Part shown: positions 17,554 to 25,890 of the stretch, one piece after another
Layout: each line of letters starts with the position of its first letter
How positions within the stretch are numbered: the first letter of the stretch is position 1
NCBI GenBank assembly: GCA_046754465.1
Contig: JBHHVU010000039.1
Coordinates: forward strand, 1 to 29,997
DNA from: Nitrospinaceae bacterium
Lineage (GTDB): Bacteria > Nitrospinota > Nitrospinia > Nitrospinales > VA-1
Direction: 5' to 3'
DNA length: 29,997 bases
The notes under the pieces: model-generated
The model's database searches: none
Told to the model about the DNA's origin: nothing
The model's input: only the letters and a program-made list of their open reading frames with translations
Program-made: the position numbers and the translations under genes

Positions 17554-18834
17554 ATGGGGACGTTCTTTAGGGCCTTATTGTTGATGATTCTATCGATTTT
17601 TTTTCTGCCAGGTGGAGTCGAAGCCGCGGCGGGGATTGATATTTTTCCTCAGGGCGGCAAGGATGTCGAAACAGGTAATATACAGATTGGCCGGGTGAAG
17701 GTTCATCCCGGTTTTGCGTTTGAAACCAGGTATGAGGATAACGTTTTCCTGGAAGCGGATCAAACCTTCGCGAATGGGACCAGCGAGGGGAGAACCGACG
17801 ATTTTATTTTTATCAATCAACCCTACCTCGGTTTGAAATTGGACCGCTTAGAGGGCGAGTTGTTTGGTTTTGATTTGAGTTATCGGGGTAACGATGAGCA
17901 TTTCCTGAACTTGTCCAATACGCAAGATGTTTTCGAGCACCGAATAGCGGGTTCAGTCAACTTGGGCGGGCCTGGGGGCAGGGGCGATTTAACGTTTGGG
18001 GGTTCTTATTTTTCCACCCAGTCCATTGAGTCAAGGGATTTACAGACCAATATTGGAAACCGGGTGTCCAATAAAGAACGATCCGTTTATGCCGATTTCA
18101 TTGTCATCTTTAGAAAAACATTCAGGGTAAAGGCGCACGGGGATTTTCAACAAAGGACCTTCGGTGGAACTCTCAGCAGGGAGGATAGGGATACCTATAA
18201 TTTTGGGGGTTCGATTTTTTGGCAATTTACCAAGCTCACCGCCCTGGGCGTGAAGTACAACCACAGGCTGAGGGAATATCCGGAGGTCTCGGCGGTGAAT
18301 TTTGATTCGAATTCCGACCAGGTTTTCGTGGCCATAAGATGGGAGCCCACCGCCCTGGTGCGGGGAGAAGTCGCGGTCGGTTATGACACTAAGAGATTCA
18401 AGGGAATCGCCGGGCAGGATCGGCAGGATGTGATTTATCAAATCGACCTTGAATATCATCCCGTGGACCGCACCAACTTTGTTCTTACGGGGGTCCGGTC
18501 CATTCAGGATTCCTCGTTCGGTGTCATCCAGGCGTATTTATCGAGCAGTGTGGGACTCACCTGGTACCAGAAATTGGGGAAAAAGTTTTCCACGGAGATT
18601 GGCGCCTCCTTTCAAAACCTCGATTACGATAAATTCGCGGTGGATACCCCTGGCGGAGGAGTTCTAAGGGTCAGAAAGGATAATTCGGTATCCACGGTGG
18701 TGGCGCTGGTTTATGACATCCAAAAATGGTTGAAGGCCCGCGCGGTATACCGGTTCGAAAATAATAATTCCAATTTTGATAACAATGATTTCAAGAGTAA
18801 CACCGGGGTTTTGAATCTGTCCCTTGCCTATTGA
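17554..18834 (+). CDS. Outer-membrane beta-barrel protein associated with polysaccharide export
   Basis: Signal peptide ending VEA-A and AGGAGG RBS. Alternating amphipathic strands throughout, a YEDNVF motif near the N-terminus and a C-terminal beta-signal VLNLSLAY. Located between wzc and wza. Confidence 0.8.
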   Translation: MGTFFRALLLMILSIFFLPGGVEAAAGIDIFPQGGKDVETGNIQIGRVKVHPGFAFETRYEDNVFLEADQTFANGTSEGRTDDFIFINQPYLGLKLDRLEGELFGFDLSYRGNDEHFLNLSNTQDVFEHRIAGSVNLGGPGGRGDLTFGGSYFSTQSIESRDLQTNIGNRVSNKERSVYADFIVIFRKTFRVKAHGDFQQRTFGGTLSREDRDTYNFGGSIFWQFTKLTALGVKYNHRLREYPEVSAVNFDSNSDQVFVAIRWEPTALVRGEVAVGYDTKRFKGIAGQDRQDVIYQIDLEYHPVDRTNFVLTGVRSIQDSSFGVIQAYLSSSVGLTWYQKLGKKFSTEIGASFQNLDYDKFAVDTPGGGVLRVRKDNSVSTVVALVYDIQKWLKARAVYRFENNNSNFDNNDFKSNTGVLNLSLAY

Positions 18835-19452
18835 GATAAGAGGGCCGCGGGGGTGCGAGATAATATTTTTAAATGACCGCACCAGGTTCCGGCACGGTGG
18901 GTGTTTTCGGAATAGGTAAGTAAGGGTGGGAATACCCTGTCGGCCTGCAAGGATATGGGGCGTGAGGGTGTTGCCGAATAGAGGGAGCCGGAATAATCCG
19001 GATCGTCCCCGGAGGCTATCCAAATAGATCGATAACGTCCCTTCCCGCTCGGTGGAAATCAAAATTCAAATTTTCCTTTGAAATAATTTATCTCCTTCTA
19101 TCTATATCCGCAGGGACCCTTCCGTGAAAATCTTTTCTAAGCGGGGTCCGTTAATAGGGGCTGAAAACTTTTCCTCCCGCCGGAGGACCCTAACGGGAGG
19201 AATTTTGGTGGGGACCCGTTTCTTACTTTTTCAGTGATTAACTCGAAAGTCGATGCTGGACTTTCGATCTGCCGATTACTCCAATTCCCGCAAAAAAAGA
19301 TCCTGTTTTTAAACCGCCGCGGCTCAATATTCAACCGGAAATGTCATTTTTGATTCATTCCGGCAGGGTGGCAAGGCTGGTGACGTGGATTTCTCTTGGC
19401 TGAAAAGTCCAAACCAACGCTTTATAATTCTCCTTGCCACGGAGGGGGACTC

Positions 19453-19593
19453 ATGCAATATTCAGGAGGAAAACAGGAATGGGATGGGCGAGACCGGGAG
19501 AGCCCGGAGAACCCTGTGGAGAAGAGGTTTTCTGGTTCGCGGGAAACGCGGCGGCCTTTACGTTTTTTCCAAATATCCCCTTTCTGGAAATAA
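19453..19593 (+). CDS. Possible small ORF (46 aa)
   Basis: GGAGG at 19441-19445, 7 nt before ATG 19453, and TATAAT at 19423-19428. No homology recognised. Confidence 0.25.
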   Translation: MQYSGGKQEWDGRDRESPENPVEKRFSGSRETRRPLRFFQISPFWK

Positions 19594-19996
19594 TTCCTTG
19601 GCCCGGGGCAAAGCCAGTGGAAAAATCGGATCGGGAATTTGCCTGATTTCCCGCTAAACTCTACGCTGTCCCCGGTTCCATCGGCAGGATTTTTGCCGTT
19701 CACAATTCCTGGGAATATGCGTTCCAGGAACCACGGAGACTGGGGAAAAAAACAGCGGTCTGCAGCAAGGGAAATTTTTCGGATATTTTGTGCGTCGTTC
19801 GGGAAAAGGGTCAAACATCCCGGGGGAAGAAGATGATTTACTGCCCTTGCCAACGTCTTCCTTGTGAGAAGAAAGCTTGGCAAAAAGGCGCCGGGAAGTC
19901 CCTGAAAGAGAAGGATTACTCGTAAACGAGTCCGAGATGGTTGAAGACGGAGATAATTCCAGGTGGCAAAAATTTTTTATTGGGAGCGTGTATGTT

Positions 19997-20920
19997 ATGA
20001 AGACGAGCAAGATATTCATGACCCTTTGTGTGATGATTGGTATTCTGATTTTTAATCCAGTTATGGCAGCATCGGTAAAAACCTTTTCCGAACGGAATCC
20101 TTCCAAGCATACGGTTGGCGAAGACGCTTTCTCTCCTTCCGCGCCTATTATCAATCAAAATAATCCGTTTTATTTGGGACCGGAAGACCTGATCATCATT
20201 TCGGTCTGGGGCAATAAAGAATTGACCACGGAAATGCCGGTTCGGCCAGACGGAAAAATATCTGTTCCCTTGATTGGAGACGTTATGGCGCAGGGCCTGA
20301 CTCCCGTACAACTGAAAGATAAAATTACCGAAAGGTTAAGAACTTATGTGACGGACGCTAGCGTTACCGTTATTGTAAAAGAAATAAACAGTATAAAGAT
20401 ATCGGTCGCCGGTGAGGTCAAGGAACCGGGAACCTATCAAATCAATCGGCCGATCACTCTTTTGCATGTTTTTTCCATCGTCAAGGGATTTACGGAAAAA
20501 GCGGATTTAAAGACATCCTACCTGCTGAGAAATGGGAAAAAATTGAATATAGATATTTATGCCTTGGTGAAGGAGGATGATTTCACCCAAAATATCTGGC
20601 TCAAACCCAACGACCTTATTTTTATCCATGACAACTTTGGGAATCGCGTCAATGTCATGGGAGAGGTGAAAAAGCCCCAGGTTCTCACCTTTCAGGAAGG
20701 GATGACGGTGATGGACGCCATCCTAATGGCAGAGGGTTTGACCGATATTGCCAAGGCCAACGGCACCAAGGTGTATCGCAAATCCTCAAGATCCAGACTG
20801 GAAAAGGGCATTGAAAAAATTAACGTGGAATTGGATAAAGTGATTTTTGATGGGGATTTGTCGAAAAATCTCCGCTTGAAACCCGGGGATATAATCCACG
20901 TTCCAAGGAGCTTTTTTTAA
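19997..20920 (+). CDS. wza: Polysaccharide export OPX protein (Wza family; Poly_export plus two SLBB domains)
   Basis: YLGPEDLIIISVWG, VRPDGKISVPLIGDVMAQGLT, GEVKEPG, LKPNDLIFI, GEVKKP and LKPGDIIHVP. Start placed at ATG 19997 after GGAG; the ORF extends to 19877. Confidence 0.88.
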   Translation: MKTSKIFMTLCVMIGILIFNPVMAASVKTFSERNPSKHTVGEDAFSPSAPIINQNNPFYLGPEDLIIISVWGNKELTTEMPVRPDGKISVPLIGDVMAQGLTPVQLKDKITERLRTYVTDASVTVIVKEINSIKISVAGEVKEPGTYQINRPITLLHVFSIVKGFTEKADLKTSYLLRNGKKLNIDIYALVKEDDFTQNIWLKPNDLIFIHDNFGNRVNVMGEVKKPQVLTFQEGMTVMDAILMAEGLTDIAKANGTKVYRKSSRSRLEKGIEKINVELDKVIFDGDLSKNLRLKPGDIIHVPRSFF

Positions 20921-20961
20921 AATAACATTAGAGAAAAGGTAAAATTTCCCTGGGTAACCCC

Positions 20962-20985
20962 GGTGGCACGGCATGCCATGCCACC
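20962..20985. repeat. 24-bp near-perfect palindrome, REP-like
   Basis: GGTGGCACGGCA|TGCCATGCCACC, one mismatch, 41 nt after the wza stop. Confidence 0.55.
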
Positions 20986-21333
20986 ACAATTTATGAACCC
21001 ATCCTCACCGGAATCCGTCACTCCGCCGCTCCCAGAGGGAGAAGGCAGGGATGAGAGGATTCTTGCTATTTTTTTCTGTCCGGGAAAAAGGGGAGGCAAG
21101 CAAAAGCCCTATTATTCAAAGTTCCCGGCTTTAAGACCCCCTTCCAGCTCAATTTTCTTGATCCGGGCCAGGCCCACCTGGTTTTTGACCCACCCAACCA
21201 AAAATCGCGCAACTTTCTATCTAATTCCTAACTGATTTACAGTATAATCAGGGGGCGGCCGAAAAGCGAATTGAAGAGTTAAGTTATTAATTTCCTTTTT
21301 ACTTATTCCGATATAAAATACCTCTGTTGGTCC

Positions 21334-21363
21334 TTGACATCCCTTCACTTTTTTAGGTAATAT
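21334..21363 (+). promoter_or_regulatory. Putative sigma70 promoter upstream of the sugar-biosynthesis genes
   Basis: TTGACA (21334-21339), 18 nt, TAATAT (21358-21363). Confidence 0.45.
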
Positions 21364-21718
21364 TTGAGAACTGTAAACCTACCCAATTAATTTGAATGTG
21401 ATTGTAAAGAAAATTCAGAATATAAAATTGTATGTAAATTTAAACTAATTAATACGGAAGACATCTCTTGTGAAAATTTCCGGTTAAATGGGATTCTTTT
21501 TATCCAAACGAATTTGTTAACGAACCGTCACAAATTCTTAACTATATCGTAACGATCCCCTGCCATTCTGAAGGATCAGGGAAAGAAAGTTTGAATTTTA
21601 TATTAGTTAGAAGGAAAGACCTGTGACCTTTTGCCCAATTTTTTGGGATTAGAATTCGGATTAGTTTTTGGTATTCAAACAATTTTTCATTCCTCACCAT
21701 ACCGGTAAATAGTCTTCG

Positions 21719-24220
21719 ATGAAATCCAGTCCGCCACAGCTTTGGACATCCGCCAAGCGGCTTATTGATATCCTTGCGTCTTTTTTGGGGCTGGTTTTTC
21801 TGACTCCCGCGTTTTTGGTTATTTCCCTTCTCATCAAGCTGGAATCTCCCGGTCCGGTATTCTATCGCCAGGAACGAATCGGCAAAGGTTTTAAACGATT
21901 TCTAATTTATAAATTCCGGACCATGGTTGAGAGTCGCTCCGAACGGGGGGCACAGACCATGTTTCATCAAAGCCACCGGATCACGCGTTTGGGGAGATGG
22001 CTGCGGAAAACCAAAATTGATGAACTCCCTCAATTGATCAATGTGCTGAAAGGCCAAATGAGCCTAGTGGGACCCAGGCCGGAACTGCAGGAATTTGTTC
22101 ACATTTTCCAGGGGAAGTATCTCAAAATTTTAACGGTGCGGCCCGGCATCACGGACCTCGCGTCCTTGGAGTACAGGAATGAAGAAGAAATTTTAAGAAA
22201 TTCCAAAAACCCCGAAGACGATTATGTGAATAAGATCCTGCCTGAAAAAATCAGGCTGGCGATGGTGTATCTGGACCGGTCTTCCTTTTTATTTGATCTG
22301 AACATTATTGTTAAAACCCTGTTCAGAATCGATTTCCCAAAACTATTTGATTGGAAAAATTTAAAGGTTAGCCCCCAAGGGATCGCTTTCTTTATCAACG
22401 ATACCCTTTTGGGGTTTGCCTCTTTTTATTTGGCTTATTCCTTGAGGTATAATTTAAATGTCCCCGATAAGGACTTGCATACCTTTTTTTACCTCCTCCC
22501 ATTTATTTTTATTTCCCGATCGTTGGCCTATTTTTATTATCGATTTTACTCCCGGTTCTGGGAATATTCGAGCCTGGAAGACCTGATCCTCATCATTAAG
22601 GCGGTTTGGGTCGGTTCCATCGTTCTCATCATTTCCATATTCCTGCATTCCAATCCACCGATCACCTTACCCCGGTCGGTTCCCATGATCGACTTCGTGC
22701 TTTTGATCACCATGCTAGGGGGATCGCGTCTTGCGTGGCGGTTGTGGAACGAGCGGCAAAGGCAAAAACCCCTCATTCAGGAAGGGGGTATCCGGGTGCT
22801 GATTTTCGGGGCGGGAAATACGGGGGCCCTCTTGCTGAAAACCTTGCGTTCGAATTATCCTCATTTCACCGTTTGCGGTTATGTCGATGACAACCCAAAA
22901 ATAAAAAACAACACCTTGATGGGTATCCGGATTCTGGGCAACCGGGCGGATATCCCACAATTGGTGGCCAACCTTGGAATCAAGGAACTATTGGTTGCCA
23001 TCAACAATATTTCTTCCGACAGCCTGAGCGATTTGGTGGAAATTTGCGGCAAGAGCGTCGTCAAATTCAAAATCCTGTCCTCGGTTGTGGACATTTCCAC
23101 CAACGAGGTCCACGTTTCTAAAATCCGGAAAATTGAGATTAGCGATTTGCTGGGCCGGGAATCGGTTTCGTTGAATCTTACGGCCATCAAAAACATGGTG
23201 TGGGGCAAACGGGTTTTGGTCACCGGCGCCGGTGGCTCGATAGGGTCGGAACTTTGTCAGCAAATTCTGGAATACGAGCCGGCGGAACTCATCATGCTGG
23301 ACCGGGGTGAAAATTATCTTTATGAATTGTGCAACGCCCTGGATTCCGGCCCTCTTCCCCGAACCCTTAAAACCAAACGGCATTATAAATTTTGCTCCAT
23401 CACCAATCGGGAAAAGATGGACTCGATTTTTTCCCAATACCGGCCGCAACTGGTATTTCATGCCGCCGCGCACAAGCATGTCCCCCTGATGGAGGATAAT
23501 GTGGATGAAGCGGTGGTGAATAATATTTATGGCACCCGGCTGACGGCGGATGTTTCCGATAAATATGGGGTGGAGCGGTTTGTCATGGTCTCGACCGACA
23601 AAGTCATTCGGCCGACGAGTGTCATGGGCATCACCAAGAAAATCGCCGAAAAATACGTGCAGTTCATGAATGGCAAAAGCCAGACCAAATTCATGACCGT
23701 TCGGTTCGGCAATGTTTTAGGCAGCAAGGGCAGTGTCATTCCTTTTTTTCAAAACCAGATCGAAAATGGAGGGCCCGTGACCGTCACCCATCCGGATATG
23801 ACGCGCTACTTCATGCTCATTCCCGAGGCGGTCCAATTGATTCTCCAGGCCGCGGTCATTGGAGACGGGGGGGAAATCTTTATCCTGGAAATGGGAAAAC
23901 CGATCCGAATCGTTGATTTGGCCGAAAAAATGATCAGCCTCGCCGGGTATGAACCGAATAAGGATATTGAAATCAAATTCACCGGGATTCGGCCGGGAGA
24001 AAAGCTTTATGAGGAGTTGGTGGATGACTGTGACGAGGTGGTCGATACCTTTCACAAGAAAATTAAAATCCTGCAAACCAAGAATTTCATTGATGAGAAT
24101 TTCGATCACCGGATCGAGGAATTATTTAGGGTCGCCCTTATGGGAGATTTTAATAAAATAAAGGTAATGATGAAAAATATCATTGGAGAAGAATATTTTG
24201 CCCAACCTGTTCCGGATTAA
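21719..24220 (+). CDS. Fusion of a monotopic phosphoglycosyl transferase (bacterial sugar transferase, PglC-like) and a CapD/PglF/WbpM-type UDP-GlcNAc 4,6-dehydratase
   Basis: N-terminal ~205 aa: KRLIDI, SPGPVFYRQERIG, KFRTM, LRKTKIDELPQLINVLKGQMSLVGPRPE and RPGIT. Then about four TM helices, LIFGAGNTG, LLGRE, VTGAGGSIGSEL, HAAAHKHVP, STDK, MGITK, VRFGNVLGS and GIRPGEKLYEEL. Confidence 0.9.
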   Translation: MKSSPPQLWTSAKRLIDILASFLGLVFLTPAFLVISLLIKLESPGPVFYRQERIGKGFKRFLIYKFRTMVESRSERGAQTMFHQSHRITRLGRWLRKTKIDELPQLINVLKGQMSLVGPRPELQEFVHIFQGKYLKILTVRPGITDLASLEYRNEEEILRNSKNPEDDYVNKILPEKIRLAMVYLDRSSFLFDLNIIVKTLFRIDFPKLFDWKNLKVSPQGIAFFINDTLLGFASFYLAYSLRYNLNVPDKDLHTFFYLLPFIFISRSLAYFYYRFYSRFWEYSSLEDLILIIKAVWVGSIVLIISIFLHSNPPITLPRSVPMIDFVLLITMLGGSRLAWRLWNERQRQKPLIQEGGIRVLIFGAGNTGALLLKTLRSNYPHFTVCGYVDDNPKIKNNTLMGIRILGNRADIPQLVANLGIKELLVAINNISSDSLSDLVEICGKSVVKFKILSSVVDISTNEVHVSKIRKIEISDLLGRESVSLNLTAIKNMVWGKRVLVTGAGGSIGSELCQQILEYEPAELIMLDRGENYLYELCNALDSGPLPRTLKTKRHYKFCSITNREKMDSIFSQYRPQLVFHAAAHKHVPLMEDNVDEAVVNNIYGTRLTADVSDKYGVERFVMVSTDKVIRPTSVMGITKKIAEKYVQFMNGKSQTKFMTVRFGNVLGSKGSVIPFFQNQIENGGPVTVTHPDMTRYFMLIPEAVQLILQAAVIGDGGEIFILEMGKPIRIVDLAEKMISLAGYEPNKDIEIKFTGIRPGEKLYEELVDDCDEVVDTFHKKIKILQTKNFIDENFDHRIEELFRVALMGDFNKIKVMMKNIIGEEYFAQPVPD

Positions 24221-24475
24221 AAGTTAGCCCCTAATCATATCAGTGTGTACGATTGTTACCGGTGATATCTTCCCGGCTTTCCCCCCGGCAAGGGGATTGG
24301 CCCAATCGAAATAATTGAAAAAATTCGCAATCCCGATTAAAGAAAGATATTCAGTTTCAGGATAAACTGATAAAATCCTTTTTGAGGGTTTACTTGAGTC
24401 CCCGGATTCCGGATTCCATCCCGCGGGAGGATGGTTTCCCACATGCTCTGAATCCGGGTCCTATAGGAGTGCATC

Positions 24476-25780
24476 TTGTTACTGGAAAAAATTAAACTGA
24501 AAACCGCAAGCGTCGGGGTGATAGGGCTGGGGTATGTGGGATTGCCCCTGGTCATCGAATTTGGGAAAGCCGGGTTTTCCGTGGTGGGCCTGGATATCGA
24601 TCAGGCGAAGGTGGACCGCCTGTCGCGCGGCGAAAGTTACATTGGCCATATTTCCGGGGAAAGTATCCGCGGCCCCCTCGGCAACGGAAGATTTGAGGCA
24701 TCCACGGACTTTTCCAAGGTTTCCGGTCTCGATTGCGTGCTCATCTGTGTTCCCACGCCGTTGACCCATAACCGGGAACCGGATATGAGCTACATCGTCT
24801 CCACGGCTAGGATGATGGCTCCCTATCTGACCCGGGACCAGTTGATCGTTCTCGAATCCACCACCTATCCCGGAACCACCCAGGAGGTTTTGGCGCCGGA
24901 ACTCGAAGCGGGAAGCGGCCTCAAGGCGAACGAGGATTTTTTCGTGGCTTACTCACCGGAGCGGGAAGATCCCAACAATTCTCAATTCACGACTTCCACC
25001 ATCCCCAAGGTGGTGGGCTCGGACCATCCCTTCGGGTTGGAGGCGGCCAATACCCTATATCTATCGGTGATTCAGAAAACCGTCCCGGTCTCGGGGACCC
25101 CGGTGGCGGAAGCCACGAAATTGATGGAGAATATTTTTCGGTCCGTCAACATCGCATTGGTCAACGAGCTCAAGGTGATTTTTGACAAAATGGGAATCGA
25201 TATCTGGGAAGTCATCGAGGCTTCGAGCACCAAACCCTTCGGTTTCATGCCGTTTTATCCCGGTCCGGGCCTGGGGGGCCATTGCATTCCCATCGATCCC
25301 TTTTACCTGACGTGGCGGGCGAGGGAATATGGCGTCTCGACACGATTCATAGAACTCGCCGGGGAAATCAATGTATCCATGCCGGAATATGTCCTCCAGA
25401 AAATTTTTCTGGGTCTCAATAACGCGGGAAAGAGTCTCAAGGGAAGCCGCATTTTGATTCTGGGCATGGCTTACAAGAAAAATATCGACGATTCGCGGGA
25501 GTCCCCCAGTTATACCATCATGGACCTTTTGGAGCGCAACGGCGCCCGGGTCGACTTCAATGATCCCTATATTCCCGCCCTTGGGCCCCGGCGCGAATAC
25601 GGTCATTTTGCCGGGAAAAAAAGCGTCCCCCTGGACGATCTGGGTCAATACGATATGACCGTAATTCTGACCAATCACTCCGATTATGATTATGAAGCCA
25701 TCGTCAAACAGTCGAATATAATAGTGGACACCCGAAATGCTTGCGGAAACATCCAATCGAGTAAAATCATCAAAGCTTGA
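24476..25780 (+). CDS. wbpA: Nucleotide-sugar 6-dehydrogenase (WbpA-like UDP-GlcNAc dehydrogenase)
   Basis: GLGYVGLP, ICVPTP, LESTTYPGTT, YSPEREDP, KLMENIFRSVNIALVNE and catalytic Cys in GGHCIPIDP. TTG start with AGGAG RBS. Confidence 0.85.
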   Translation: MLLEKIKLKTASVGVIGLGYVGLPLVIEFGKAGFSVVGLDIDQAKVDRLSRGESYIGHISGESIRGPLGNGRFEASTDFSKVSGLDCVLICVPTPLTHNREPDMSYIVSTARMMAPYLTRDQLIVLESTTYPGTTQEVLAPELEAGSGLKANEDFFVAYSPEREDPNNSQFTTSTIPKVVGSDHPFGLEAANTLYLSVIQKTVPVSGTPVAEATKLMENIFRSVNIALVNELKVIFDKMGIDIWEVIEASSTKPFGFMPFYPGPGLGGHCIPIDPFYLTWRAREYGVSTRFIELAGEINVSMPEYVLQKIFLGLNNAGKSLKGSRILILGMAYKKNIDDSRESPSYTIMDLLERNGARVDFNDPYIPALGPRREYGHFAGKKSVPLDDLGQYDMTVILTNHSDYDYEAIVKQSNIIVDTRNACGNIQSSKIIKA

Positions 25781-25890
25781 GCCTCCGGTTCATTCTTTTT
25801 TCTCCCAAGGGTTGGCCGTGATATCCCACCGATTGGCCCCGCCCGTGATGAAGTATTTCCCTGGGGCAGGCGAAAACGTTGAGAGGATAA

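Noticed and set aside
19877..19996. 40-aa N-terminal extension of wza given by the ORF track
   Set aside because: It would bury the signal peptide; a GGAG RBS supports the later start.
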